Shown here piece by piece: positions 50,429-64,000 of a DNA stretch of 64,000 nucleotides. The DNA lies in assembly GCA_037447605.1 (NCBI GenBank), contig CM074814.1, positions 930,001 to 994,000 of the forward strand, read 5' to 3'. Numbering within the stretch: position 1 is the stretch's first letter; every line of letters begins with the position of its first letter. Position numbers and translations under genes: made by a program. The DNA comes from Zygnema circumcarinatum SAG 698-1b (taxonomy: Eukaryota; Plantae; Zygnematophyceae). Below the pieces are notes generated by a model that worked only from the letters and a program-made list of their open reading frames with translations, had not been told where the DNA came from and did not search any database.

Positions 50429-52438
50429 GGGACTTCTCTGCAAACCCTAAAAACATCAATGCGCCAGGAGCTCTATGTCTGCGCGATGAAAGAAAAATAC
50501 GCGTCCTTATTTCAAGAGGACCCGCCCTGAACGTTTCTCATCTAGGTAGTCACTACCTATTGCAGCAGTCACTTAGGCGCACTCGAACTATCTTCATCTG
50601 CTGGAAGCTCTGCCCGCTTTCGAGATGCGACAAATTCTCCTTACCCCTCTGCACTTTCCTCTCACTCCTCCCTCCCCGTCTCTCTCCCCCTCTCCCTCCC
50701 TCTCCCTCTCTCTCCCTACCCCTCCCTCCTCCCACAATCCCTCCCTCCTCCCACAATCCCTCCCTCTCTTCCTCCGTCCCTCCCTCTCACTCTCCCGCTC
50801 TCTCGACTTTCTCTCTCTCTCTCTCTCCCTCTCTCTCCCGGGGACGGCGGTACTGCAAGGGCGGGTCGCCCCCACAAATGCATGGCGGGCGGTGCAGGTG
50901 CAGCGGCAGGCGCCCGCGACCGCGAACGTGGCCGCCTGCCGCCCTCCCCCCACCAGGCACCCACATCCGCGACGTGCGCCGCCGCCCGCATGCCCTGCCA
51001 TGGCATGCTCCATGCCATGCCATGCCATGCCGGGCATGGCCTGATGGCGCCCTGACATGGCCCCATGTCGCGCGACATGCGCCGTCACACGGAGTCGTAT
51101 GCTAACGGACTCCAGTTCGGGCAGGAAAAACATCTCCCGGCAAATGGCAGTGAGCTAACACACGTGTACACGGAATAAAATATCTTCCACACGTGTGTCA
51201 GCTCAATGCCAATGAAAAAAAAATAGAGGCAAGCAAAGTTACGCTACAGAGGCAAGCAAAGTTAAGCTGCGACCGCAGGCGTACGGACGGACTGAGAGTT
51301 ACGGATCCGGCCAGATTCGGACCGTGATGATTGACCTTCGTACAGCCGTCCGGCCATTGTGCGTGCGCCACGTTTGCGCCGAGCCGGTCCTGTCCCGTCC
51401 CGGCTCGTTGACTTGACCGCGGACCCGTCGGACCGAACATGGCACGTCGCCGGCGGGTCGTGCGCCAGCTGGCGCCACGTCAGCGGGTCCTGCGCGATAG
51501 CCGGCCAGGCGCGAGGGAGCGCGGCACCTGGGCGGCATCTTTGTCGTTTTGAGGGCCTCCGTGCGAGTGCGCTGATGGGGGCCGGTCGGCAGAGGGGCAC
51601 TGCGCGCTGGATCGCGGTAATTATTTGGAATCCGATAGGGACACCACGGAGAGGCGCTACGCACACCGCTGAATGCAGGGGGCCAGCCAATTAGGAGCCA
51701 CAGACCGTACGCCTGAGGCTTTGGTGAGACGCGGCGCCAAGCTTGGCCCTTGCGAAAAACCAAAAAATAGCGCAATATCGCCCGCGTATCGGATCTGACC
51801 GACAGACGGGCGTACGCTTTTGTAGGGGAGTTCCGCCAGTGGTGGCCGCCGATACTGTCGGTAAATCCGATTTTCTTACCCGATACGTCCGTAAATCCCC
51901 ATGGCGATTTCTCCATGCTTTTTATTCCCAAACAACAAAAGTGGCGGAAAACGACAAGCGCGGACAAGCCGACCATACGGCCGACTGGCGGCCAGTGGCT
52001 CCTCATTGGCCGCCAGATCATGTTTCGCTGTGGAAATAGTGCGTCTGCGCTGTGCCCCTTATGTGGTCCCTATCATTTAATGATTCTTGTTGGGGCGGGT
52101 CCACCGAGGGTAGACCCAAGCGGTCCCCCCGATCCCATTGGCTGATGCGCCAGTGAGGATCCAGTTTCCGAATCTTGCGGCGTGATCTGTGGATTCGAGC
52201 TTGCCGACTATGAGGTCGCCACGTGGCAGTTGGCACGAATATGCGGCAGCCGCCCTCCTGGCGGCCCTTTTGTCGGCTTGGGGGGGTGCTGAGAGCCGGC
52301 CGGGGCACGGACCGACAACTTGCGCCACGTGGCAGCTATCGCAGAACCGCCCCGGCCACCCCCCAGCCGACACTTGCGCGCGCACTCCACATGGTTCTAC
52401 GGATTACTGGAGGTTTCTACGGGCAAATCTCGGACGTC

Positions 52439-53305
<867 letters not shown>

Positions 53306-53401
53306 TCAGCCCTAATTCGGACCTCTGTCACTTTTTTGACGAGCTTTAGGGCAACGCAGAGGCACTTTGTTCCTGGGCTGCAACGTGTCAGCTCCTGCGC
53401 A

Positions 53402-56400
53402 ATGCTCCTCCCTCCCCTGAAGCCATGGCTGCCGCACCCCCTCACAGCAGCCCTCTCCCGCCGCCTTCCTCGCCTCTCACGCAGACCTTTCTCTAACCCT
53501 GAAGATCTTCCCTCGCTTGAAAAGCTGCCCCTCCCTCCTCGCATCTGCCGCATACGCTTTCTGCGCGTCGCTTGTTCCTTCCCAGCAGGTCGAACTAGGG
53601 TTCAGAGAAGTGCATTTCAGAGCAGGGAAAGCGCATGCAAGGTGGTACGGAAGGGTTATGTTGCAGTTTCAAATCTAGGAAATGTTGAAATTATACGGAA
53701 ATTCTCTTCAAGGAATGGCGTTACATCTGTATTTGAAGAGCAGACTAGTTGTGTTCCGCACCTTTCTGAGAAAGAAGAAGGTGAGGGAGGTAAAGAGCCG
53801 GGAAAAAGGCGTAAGAAGAAGGTGGCCATGTGGTTATCGTACAGCGGTAGCGGCTACAGAGGTAAGCAGAGCATGGGAGATGAATGTGAGGACATTGCTG
53901 AGAAAAACGGTTTTTATTGAAGGTGTATGTAAAGTGGAGCAAAAAAAATTACAGTTTTACAACATAGGATGTGGAAGAGGGTCAAAAGCACTGTAGGGGC
54001 AACAATTGTTTCATGGAAATATGGCAAACCTCCGTAGTGCTACTATTGACTAGAACTATTGACTTGGCGTGTCAAAAAAAAAGTCTTTGTTGACTTCAAG
54101 GATGTTCAAAAGGTGAAAATGAAGTCTCCGCAGATAATTTGTATTGATTGGAAAAGTAGTACCATCGGCGGTTGGCTTCAAAGTACAGATATGAAGTCCT
54201 TTACTCGCTTGCATAGAGGTTAAAAATCTTCTAGTTCCAAACAAACACAAACTACACAAACACAAACTACTTCACGTGCCTACAAAAGGGAACCAACAAA
54301 TTCACCTCGAGAACACTTAAACAACAATTACCAAAACAGCTGGCATTTACGACCTCCTTATTATCAATTCGAGTGCTGTTGGCTCCATCCATGATTATGA
54401 TGTGTTTCCGTTGAAGCAAGAGAAACCTGGAGGCGGTTCTTGGACTGGTTGAGCAGAGTTTCAGATGCTTGGGGACGATAGAATAGTGGGAGCAAGATTT
54501 TGGAAGCCAAAATACCCAATGAATATTGAAAGCTGCTCCAGCGTGGATCACATTGCTTTGCAAGTAGCCATAATGACAAAATGCATTAATTGATAACCAG
54601 GAAGCGAGTTCAGGTACCATCATACTCTCTCCCAACTTGGGAGTGTTCAGAACTGACCATCTCCCTCCTTGTTCTGGTATTCTGCCCTCGCAGGACTACA
54701 AATACAGCGGTCTTTATCTGAAGGCCCTCCAAGTGAGTCAAGAATTTCCGTATGTAGGAATGGCGAATTTACCATCCTTACCATTGTTCTCATGTCCATG
54801 CTAAGGGGGCTTGCAGTTATCTCCTTCTCCAAGTCGATGTACAGTCAGCAGCTCTGTCATATAGTCAAACTGTGCCATGGAGAAGAAGAGCAGAAAAGAT
54901 AGTGTTGGAAAGGCAAGGCCCATGGAACTGAGAATTAGACATTTTGTGTTGCAGCTGTAGAGGAGGTGCTGGAGAAGGCCATTTTGGCTGCAGGGGGGAT
55001 GCTGCCCTCGAACTTTGGTAACTTGGCAAAAGTCGGCTGGACCCGCAGCAGCAGGACAGACAAAGGCGTAAGGATTTCTGCGATTACCGTGAATTATATT
55101 CTCAACAACTTTCTATGGGAATATGTTAGCATGTTACCTCTCTAATCTCATCCAAACTGCAACTTTTGCCTAATGTGATTCTATGAAATGCATCCTTCTA
55201 TTGTATGAATAAACTTCTATTGTATGAATAAACATAACGGGAACTCTTGCAATCCCCGACCTACAGCATGCTCTTGTTTCTTCCGTATTGCAGGTGCATT
55301 CAATGGCGACCATTGTATCTCTCCATTTGGAGGTTCCTTTAACTGCATGGGAAGGAGACCCCGAGGGTGCGGAGTTAGCAGCCGATATCAACGCACACCT
55401 TCCCTCAGATGTGCGTGTGTGGAATGTACTCCCAGTTGCAAGGTACATGAACACAAAATAAATCACAGACCATTGTCGTATGAGCTCTTGGCTGCTCTGC
55501 AATGACGTATTCAAAACCCTAAATCCTCCAATCATAAGCTGTTTCTATATGTAGTAGTTCATTTCAGTTTTGTTGGATTTTGGCCGTCGTTTCTTTGCAG
55601 GGGCTTCAGCAGCTCCCGCTCTGTGGCCCCTTGGCAGGTCCTTCTCGGCACGCAAGTTCTGTAAAGCGCGCACCTATCACTATTTGCTGCCAGTTGGCGT
55701 TCTTGGATTGGAGAAGAACTTTTCGGAAGATGACGTGGATCGTACGCTTGACAAGTTGAAGAGCGTGCTCTGTGAGTTTGAGGTGAGTGTTTCTACGCCC
55801 TATTGCGCTGTACAGTTCATACGTGCACTTCTTTGTGTGAAACATACGCATAATACTCTTTACAGGAAGGTTGTTTCTGAGCCTATTATACAAGGCCACC
55901 TATCATAGGTGATTTGTTACAAAGTCTCATCTATACATTTCATCAAAAATGTTTGATAGGCAACCTTTGTTGGAAGGCAAATGAAGCCCACTAGGCAGTA
56001 ACCAGCAGGTATGGTGTTCTGTCTATTGGTGTGCTTGAAACATAAATGCTTATTCGAAGCTGCTTGCCAACCGCGAGCAAGAAAGATGCAGCTAGAATCG
56101 CATTACAATGATGTTAGAGAGCCGAGTTGACAGTGTGGGTATATGCTTATTCATGCTCATTTGCTGTCCTCCTTCCTCGATTTTATGTCTATCCTTTACT
56201 TGACAGCAACCTTTGCAGAGAAGACAATGCAGTCGTTAACCTAAGTTCTGACTGTGCGCACGTAGGATTATTGCTCTGTCATGATGAGGAAGGCTTTGCA
56301 GACCTTTTAATGGCATTTAATGTCAAGCTGAGGCGGGTCTTGGCAGGGAAAACATGCTTTTCATAACTACACTGTGCGCCGACTCTACCGGCCACCACCA

Positions 56401-57570
56401 CCCGGGACACAGGGCTGGAAAAAAGGGAAGAAAAAGCAGAAGTCTAAGTCACAGTCAGGTATACGGAAGGATTTGGATGCTGTGGATGGTGAACCACTAA
56501 GTGAAGGAAAGGAAAATTCCGAAGGAACTAAGGGAGCCCAGAGAAGTTTCAACACATTTGCCGAACCTTTGGAAGGGGCAGTTAACACCCCTGAAACGGA
56601 TGGAAAAGCATGTCATGAAAACGACGCGGACACAGTTGTAGGCAGAGAGTATAGGAGTACGGATGTTCCAGAAAATGGCGAGTGTAAGGATGGTGAAGAT
56701 TTGGAAATTGATGACTTCTGGGGGGATCCGGAAAGTGATGGCGAAGAGGAGGGGGAGCTGCGTAGTGGAGGAGGAGAGGGGCCATTGGGGGAGAGGAAAT
56801 TGAGGGATGAACGAACAGCTTATTGGCTTTATGAGCCGCAAGCAGCAGATAGAGTGGGGTCGGCTCATTTCAGGATCATCAAAGAGTGCACTTGTGGGGG
56901 TGTGGAGGACTTCGAAGGGACCCAGTTTGTGCGAGTAATGCTTACTGGAGAATCCTTTATGTTACATCAGGTCAGTTAGACAGTCTTTCTCTCGGTCTTC
57001 TGTCCTCCTCTCCCCTTCTCTTCACCTCTAGAAAGACGGACTACTATGTGACTGATGCTGATTCATGCGAATTCATTCCTTTTTCAGGTACGCAAAATGG
57101 TGGGGACAGCTGTAGCTGTTGTGAGAGGACAGCTGAAAGCAGAGGTGGTGCCTGTCTCCCTCTCCCGCCACTGCCGCATGGTGTTACCGTTGGCCCCTCC
57201 TGAGGGCCTCCTGCTCTATGGGAGCGAGTTCTTCCCCTTCAGAGCTCCCACACAAGCACAGAAGGAGGCTCAGGGTCTGGTGGAAGGAGGGCACTCTGCA
57301 GGGGGTGTGAGAGATGACAGTGAGGAGTCGCGAATTGTGAGCCTCTCCCGGAGTGCCAAGGAGCGCATGCAGACGTTTTGGAGCAGCGAGGTGCTGCCTG
57401 TCATGCTGCCGTCTCTGAAGGCTGAGGGTGATCCGTGGAGGGAATGGCTGGAACACCTTCACAGGAAACCACTCGTCAGTGAAGGGGAGGCTGCGGCAGT
57501 GCTGAAGGCCTGGGAGGAGCGGCATGCGGAAGTGGTGGCTAGAAAGGCTTCAACCGATCATACCATGTGA
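53402..57570 (+). CDS. tRNA pseudouridine synthase, TruA/PUS1 family, probable organelle transit peptide (At2g30320-like)
   Basis: Exons 53402-53861, 54694-54732, 54955-55067, 55294-55442, 55638-55782, 56347-56970, 57088-57570. Motifs [12 protein letters not shown], catalytic [32 protein letters not shown]. Confidence 0.92.
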
Positions 57571-58081
57571 CCGACCGACGACAATACACAAAGCATTGTG
57601 GATTAAAAATGATTTTCACTTTCATTTTCAGTCACTGCCATAGAAAGTTTTTTTCTATGTGTCCATATCATATTAACTTCTAGGTATGAGTTGTCTCTTG
57701 ACTACTCCATGTAAGTAAGTGGTCATTATCTCGCCCTCAGGCCTCTTTATGGGCCCCATGCCCGTCGAGTCCAACTGTACCGTACGAAGGACAGTCAGCG
57801 AACCTGCCAAGACTGACAGCCCAGTTGACTGTAAAACTTCCCCGTGTGCTTCACCGGCCAAATTATTCAGTTTTCTCCGCCATCGCAGAACCATCATAAT
57901 AAGCAGGCGAAGTGACTCCGTCAAAGTCTCACATGCCCTGTCGATCTCGCGATGGGACTCCCCCCAATGTACACATATCCATGGACAACGACAGGACGAG
58001 GTACCAATGTGAACGAACCACAAATGACCTCTGAACGAACGAAAAGGCGCTGAGCGTTGCCGTACTGTGCTTGCTCTGCCG

Positions 58082-58177
58082 AAGTGGACGTGCCAAAGTG
58101 GACGTGCAAAAGTGGACCTGCTGGAGTAGACCTGCCAAAGTGGACACAGCCAAAGTGGATCTGCCCAAGTAGATCTG
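58082..58177. repeat. About 7 degenerate copies of a ~14-bp unit AAGTGGACSTGCCA
   Basis: Read directly; lies in an intergenic island between the PUS and F-box genes. Confidence 0.8.
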
Positions 58178-59430
58178 TGAACTGTTCCCCGGCACTTGGC
58201 ACCGCAATTTTGCTGCACCATTCGTACAGTTCTGATATGCCACGTGGCGAGCAGCTAGCGCTCGCTAACCGAAATCTGTACGGTCTCCAACGACCGCTAA
58301 TACAACACGGCGTGACCAACAGATCACGACAAAATTTGCTGCAGTTGTCGGTTGGCTGGTAGCCTGCCGCCGGCCCGTTCGTACGGACGACAAAAGCCGC
58401 CGGCCGGCCGACCGTCGGGGCCAGCCGGCGGCCCCGGCCTGTCGGCGGCAGAGCGAAGCCCGTTCCATGCGGGTGGAGGGGGGACTGCAACGGGACGCGA
58501 AACTGGAAACACAGAAACGACGGCGCAATCTGCGGCGGACTTGCCGTTAGGGGCTTGTCAAGGGCGGAAATCCAAATTGGGCACCTCCTCGAGGGGAGGG
58601 AGTGGGAGAGGGAGAGCGGGACCGGGAGGGAGGGAGGACGGGAGGCGATGGCTGTCGAAGCTGAAGGCGGCAAGGCAGGAGCCATGGAGGATAAGGATTA
58701 GGGTTATGACGGGGCCTTTTCAGGTAATTTTTTGCCTTTACTCGGGTGGAGTGTCGTAAGAAAGTGGGGAAAGTGGCAGAAAGTGGGGCATCTTCTGGGA
58801 AACGGAAACACATTGTTTGATTTCTTTTCTCTTTATCTAGGTCTGGAATGGATGGACCTCTGTCTTTCTATGTCGCTTTTTGGTGTGTGTATAAAATCTC
58901 TGAGGAGTTCTAAGCCCTCTCGCTCTTCAAAAAAAAAAGATTGTATACCTTCACTTGACATCATTTGATGAGGATGCGGTGGTTTTGCGGCTGGAAAATT
59001 GCTTTTTTTGTAACTACAAGGGAAGCAGTGACAGCAAGAGTGCAACTGGGCGGGGGTGAAACATAGTGAAAGCATTAGAGAGCCAGAACAGGCTGCAAAA
59101 TTTAACAGAAAAAGGCAGGTTTCATGGGTTTGTGAAATTTTCGAACCATCACATGCAAGCAGTCGATGGTCCCGGCTCTTTCGCACAGCAGAAAACGATC
59201 TTAGGGAGGACACGAAACTATGGCTTCTGTCGTCAACGTGCAGTCAACCACTCTCGTTTAGCGCTCTGAACTGTGTGCTTGCGTTTCAGACAGAGAGACC
59301 TAATGTTCTTTCCTTCTGGCAATCTACAATGTAATCTTCTAAACGCTGCTTTGCCATTTTCCGGACTCATTGCAGTGAAAGAGCTGAAAGGGGTCTCAGT
59401 TGCTGCAATCGCATTTTCCTCGCACAAAAA

Positions 59431-60855
59431 ATGGGGAACTGCGTCACGCCTCAGCACTCGGTTTCGCGAAAGAGTGTTCACACTCGAGGTGGTGGGAAAG
59501 GGCGGCAGTTTGCTCTTAACGCCTTGAATGCTGCTTTACTGCTGGACCACAAATACAGCGACTTTCCGACAGTTTCTGTACGGCCCAGCCGGTCTTCCGC
59601 GAAGGTTGCAAGCAGCACATCTCCCACACAATGCAAGGAGCCCTGCGATGAAGAAACGAGGTGTGCAAAGGAAGCAGCGGAGGAGGAAGAATTAGCGGCA
59701 GTAGAGCAAAGTGAAGTCCTGTTACCAATAGTAGGGGAGCCGAGTCTTGAGGATGAAGAGGAGAATTTCTCACCGTCGACTCCCCTCATCCCGGGTCTAC
59801 CAAATGCAGTATCGCTGCAATGTTTGGGGAGGTTAACTGTTAGACAGCAGCGCAGCATGCTGGCTGTAGATCGACAGTGGCGGGAACTAGCTCTCAGCAT
59901 GGACTTAGTTTCTGTGAGAGCTGAGTTGGGTCTGCTTGAAGAGTGGCTATTTCTCACAAGACAGGAAGAACCGACTGCTGTGAATCGGGTCGCTGGTCAC
60001 ACCGCGCGTCTCGTTTTCAATCTCTATGATGTGAAGAATGGTGACTGGATCGATGGGCCCCTCCCTAATTCAGTAGCTCTCTGCTGCTACGGCCATAAGA
60101 CAGCGGTTGTGGGTGGCAAATTCTACCTCATGACTGGCAGTATGGAGCTCTTAGGAAGCCCCACAAACCAGCTCTGGCAGTTTGACTTGCAGCAATACTC
60201 ATGGCGGCAGTTGGCGAGCATGGGGAGCTCCCGTCTCGGGTTCGGAGTTGGGGTGGCGGGAGGGAAGCTCTATGTGGTGGGAGGACGCAATGAGGAGCTT
60301 TCTGACTTGGACTCTCTGGAGGTCTACGAGCCGCACCTGAATGAATGGAGGCAGCTCGAACCCATGAGCCAACCCCGAGCAAACATAGAAGTGGCTGCTT
60401 TAGGAGGGTGCTTGCATGTGCTGGAAAGAGGGCAATTGGTAGAAGTCTATGACCCAATTGCAGGCGAGTGGATGCCAGGCTCCAGCAGTAAGTGGGGACC
60501 GGCCCTATGCTCGGAAAAGAGCATTTTCAATGTGGTTAATGTAGGGAATGACCTTTTCTGCATTGAGAAAAAAAGCCAGTTCTTCCAAGTCCTGCAGTTC
60601 AAGTGGGGTAAGACGACGTGGGAGGAGGTGGGAGGCTTGTTGGCCTCTGCCCCTACAGGAGATGCGCGGTTGCAGCCTCGCCTCGCTGTGGTTGGTGGGA
60701 AGGTGTTGGCTGTGGGCTCCAACTTTAGCGTGGGCTACTTCCACCCTTCAAATCCTTTGGGCACCCCCTGCCGCCAAATGCTTGATGAAGCCGAGGTCAT
60801 TCCAGGCCGCCTTCTGAGGATGCAGAGGACGGAGCTTGCAGGAGTAGCCTTGTAG
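59431..60855 (+). CDS. F-box/kelch-repeat protein (single coding exon, 474 aa)
   Basis: F-box LIPGLPNAVSLQCLGRL...VDRQWREL; kelch repeats GGKFYLMTG...W, GGKLYVVGG...EVYEPHLNEWRQLEPM. Confidence 0.9.
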   Translation: MGNCVTPQHSVSRKSVHTRGGGKGRQFALNALNAALLLDHKYSDFPTVSVRPSRSSAKVASSTSPTQCKEPCDEETRCAKEAAEEEELAAVEQSEVLLPIVGEPSLEDEEENFSPSTPLIPGLPNAVSLQCLGRLTVRQQRSMLAVDRQWRELALSMDLVSVRAELGLLEEWLFLTRQEEPTAVNRVAGHTARLVFNLYDVKNGDWIDGPLPNSVALCCYGHKTAVVGGKFYLMTGSMELLGSPTNQLWQFDLQQYSWRQLASMGSSRLGFGVGVAGGKLYVVGGRNEELSDLDSLEVYEPHLNEWRQLEPMSQPRANIEVAALGGCLHVLERGQLVEVYDPIAGEWMPGSSSKWGPALCSEKSIFNVVNVGNDLFCIEKKSQFFQVLQFKWGKTTWEEVGGLLASAPTGDARLQPRLAVVGGKVLAVGSNFSVGYFHPSNPLGTPCRQMLDEAEVIPGRLLRMQRTELAGVAL

Positions 60856-61928
60856 GAGGCGTCCCATTCCCCACTCCTCCCTCCTTTCTTGTACCTCACT
60901 CAAGTGCCGTATTTTATTAGAGGGGTGGTCGGTGAATTGGTCAATAGCACAGTGCTGTACAAAGGGTCACGTTCAGAACTAGGTTTTTGGATTCAGGTCT
61001 GTGATGCTAGTCTTTTGCAAATGTAGGGAAAGAGGAGGTGGGGAAGGCCTCTACCGCTGAGGGAGGAGCTCAGGTTTTGGGTTTGTACGGAGTATTACTT
61101 TCATCATCCATCGAGCAAAGGGTTCGTTGCGAGTGATACCCCTCTGCTCGTTTTTAAGGACTGACAAATGTGGCTAGGCTGAACTTAGCTTCCATATTTC
61201 AGTTTGTTAGTCCATCGCACAAGGTAGGGAGAAATTGTTCTAAATTCGAACATTTTCTGATTTATGCATTTCTAGTTGGCAAGTTTGTCTCTTGAATCGG
61301 AGAAGGCAAACAGAACAGAAATAAAAAGGAGATTTTGGTTGCATGTCATGCCCTCAAGAACTGAAAATGGTATTTACATATTTTAAAAAATACAGAAAAT
61401 AAGTCCTCAAGAGGTCACTGCGTTCTTTCTTGCCCTTACATCCTGGCTATGGCCTGCATACATTTGAAGCAGAAATGAACCAGAAGCAGACTGCTCTTTC
61501 TCAATATTATCAAATTGAACTACTGTATAGCTCTCGCCATGGATTGACACGTGCCCCATACAAAGAAGCAGTGAGCTTGAATAGCCCTTATCAAGATACG
61601 GGACCAGAAAGTTGGCATGAATGTAAACTAAAGCCTTTGAGACATTCCCGGTTTTGGAAAATAACACAATTGCTTACGCGGCATGCTGTGGTTTGGACAT
61701 GAGAGTCCACATTGTCCTGTAAACGACTTCGCTGTTGTTTATCTGTAGTTCCGTCATTTGCACCTTAACCGTCCAACCAGTTGCCATCTAGGCGAGGAAT
61801 AGCTTCAACAAGCAGAGCAATTCTCCTTCTCCATTTCCCGTTAACAACAACTAATGTTGATGCGCTGCAACAAGACGATACCGCAATCAACTCTCCGACG
61901 TTGAATAAACGGAAAGCTTCGCATCATA

Positions 61929-62520
61929 TTACAAACCTGCTCTTGGCAGGTTCTGTGCATCAACCAGCAAGTCGGCATACTCCGGGTGACGTGGAAGGAA
62001 GGTATCCTGCAGACAACGAAAGTCGCAATAGATTTGAGCACCAGTCGACTGGCCACCAATCAGAACAGTTTCAATGTCAATGCTATGCCTAAATTGCTAA
62101 ATATTCTAGCATTCAGTGTTAGCAACGTTTGAACCCCTTACAGAGAAAAAAAAAAACCTGAGTAATATGTAACCAAATGAAGTTAAGGCGGCAAGTGTTG
62201 TGCTACCAAGTGGAGATTGGATGAGAAAGAAACCACAGGGTCCAAGGAGAGAACAAGCGGATTAAGAAGCTCACAGAAACGTAGCTGCAAGAAGGCACCA
62301 CTCTCAGGCCCTTCTCCCGAGCGTGTTCCATTGCGGCCCTGCAAAGCTGCCCTGCTACTCCTCCTCCGCGCTTAGTAGGAGGCACATAGGTGTGCCAGAG
62401 GTCAATAGAGGGCGCGCCCGCGGAGGTAAGGCGGTACTGCAAGTAGGCAACGCCGTCTGCCGTGGCGAAGCGCTCCTGCTGCGGCACGTGCAGGACGAGC
62501 CCTGCAGCGGAGGCCGCCAT
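61929..62520 (-). CDS. Small GNAT acetyltransferase, At1g77540-like
   Basis: Exons 62520-62275 and 62006-61929: RFATADGVAYLQY...DLWHTYVPPTKRGGGVAGQLC...VVPSCSYVSDTFLPRHP. Confidence 0.92.
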
Positions 62521-63172
62521 GGCTGCCAAGGCGAGCCGGAGGAAGGACCTGCCCAACCAAATGTGGGCCCCGATACGGCGCTCAAACCGAAAACATATCG
62601 CATCCCGGTATACCATACCCAGATATATCGTACGAATATCGAAAAAAATTCATATCGTATCGTATTTGTTTTCGATACATATCAGATTCTATGTAGATGA
62701 ATTTGGCTACCGTTATTAAATTAAAGTTAATCCATGAGGAAGCGCGATTCTATGCGAACAGTATTTGAAAGAATACCGAAAATTCGCGTCGAATTTGAGC
62801 ATGGAGACGCGGCGAGTGATGCCAGACGGGGGCTGTTTCCACTGCAACGACGAACCGGCGCGGGTATTCACACTGCGCCGACACCGTCAGCGTCCCTGTT
62901 CGCCGGAGCAGTGGGCCCGGCACGTGCCATGGCAGAGGGAGCTGCAGGCGGGGAGGTCTCCTCCATGGCGGCCGCCCTCCTGTAGGCGCTCCTCTCGCCA
63001 AACCTCTCCGGGCAGCTACGCGTCAGGCCGTAGTCCGCTCAAGCTCTTGAAGTTGCCAGTTCCAGACGGCCTCGTCTTTTTACAAGCCGTCTGTTTCGGG
63101 GAGCAGGTACTTGTGATATTTTTCGAAGTTGCTAGAGCTTAGGTATTTTTCTCTCCATTGTGGAGAATATCA

Positions 63173-64000
63173 ATGGCTTCCAAGTCTGATCAGGATCTCC
63201 CCTCGTGGGAGAGCATGTTCCGCGCTCTCAAGAATCCAAAGCTTTCAGCTGAAGGCGAAGGCTCGTTCGATCCTGCTGCTTCTTCTTCGGGTCGTAGCCG
63301 CGTCTCGGCGTCAGTAGCAAGTTCCAACTGGCAGCTGGCAATGTATATCGCTTTGGCGCATGCAGGTGAGAGAATGCAGCACTTTAAGTTTTTTTTTGTG
63401 TTTGGAGTGGAGTGGGTGGTTCGTTTTCTGGGCTCGTCGGAACCATGTTTCCTTCCATTTCATTGATTGGCTCACCTAAGGTAGAACGCATGCATACGGT
63501 TGAAGAGGAGAGGCTGTCTTCCAGTAGCTTCAAAATCTCGCACAAATTCTTATTTGAATGTTGCAATGTAGACTTACAGAAGGAAATCCTCTACATTATT
63601 TCAGTGTAGTGGTTTCATTGAGAGGCCTTGGCTTGCTCTATGATTGTGTGAAAAAAGTTTGCGTGGGTAGCCCCGTAGAGAAGTTTGAATTTGTGGGAAA
63701 TGCATGCATGTATGTTAAAGTCAAGGGTGTGTCCTAGACTTGTCCAAAATATACGTCTGAAAATGCAGAAGCATACCAAGTTGAATCCATGGCGCTCTCC
63801 TCTTCTGTGATCTGCAGACCCTCCTTACAAGTGAAACTTTCTGCCAACAGGTCTTCTCTGCACTGGCGCCATGCTTGTGGGCCTCTTTATCCTCCTCAAG
63901 GACTTCTGGGAGACAATCTTTTGGGCTATCCTCTGCTCCATCCCTCTGCGCAAAGTCCAGGACTCCCTGGTCACCTTCTGGGAGCCCCCTCTGAAGGCCG
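63173..64000 (+). CDS. TMEM245: TMEM245-like membrane protein (At5g55960-like), 5' part, truncated by window end
   Basis: Exons 63173-63365 and 63851->64000: SWESMFR...[11 protein letters not shown]...[26 protein letters not shown]. Confidence 0.85.

Overview
Intron-rich eukaryotic DNA from a streptophyte. The plant-type gene families, very long GA/CT tracts and GC-rich exons suggest a zygnematophyte alga such as Closterium (inference). I could reconstruct 12 spliced or single-exon genes: 3' end of alpha-glucan water dikinase (+); At3g27390-like membrane protein (+); secreted SP-PAN-PAN-LRR-EGF-(GPPPA)n protein (+); two convergent WRKY genes whose 3' ends vanish into one 100-N gap; ATAD3 (-); core alpha-1,3-fucosyltransferase-like GT10 (-); P/U-type cyclin (-); TruA-family pseudouridine synthase (+); F-box/kelch protein (+); At1g77540-like GNAT (-); 5' end of a TMEM245-like gene (+). 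Intergenic DNA holds three hAT-type MITEs (two with perfect 8-bp TSDs), a ~2.8-kb foldback element, a Copia protease relic, hexamer satellites and a 1418-bp exact duplication bounded by gaps. Best leads: the PAN-LRR-EGF-Pro-rich protein, the GT10 with a rewritten donor-binding motif, the WRKYGRK/WRKYGQK tail-to-tail pair, and a MITE built almost entirely of alternating palindromic heptamers. Family calls come from recalled motifs; no database search was run.
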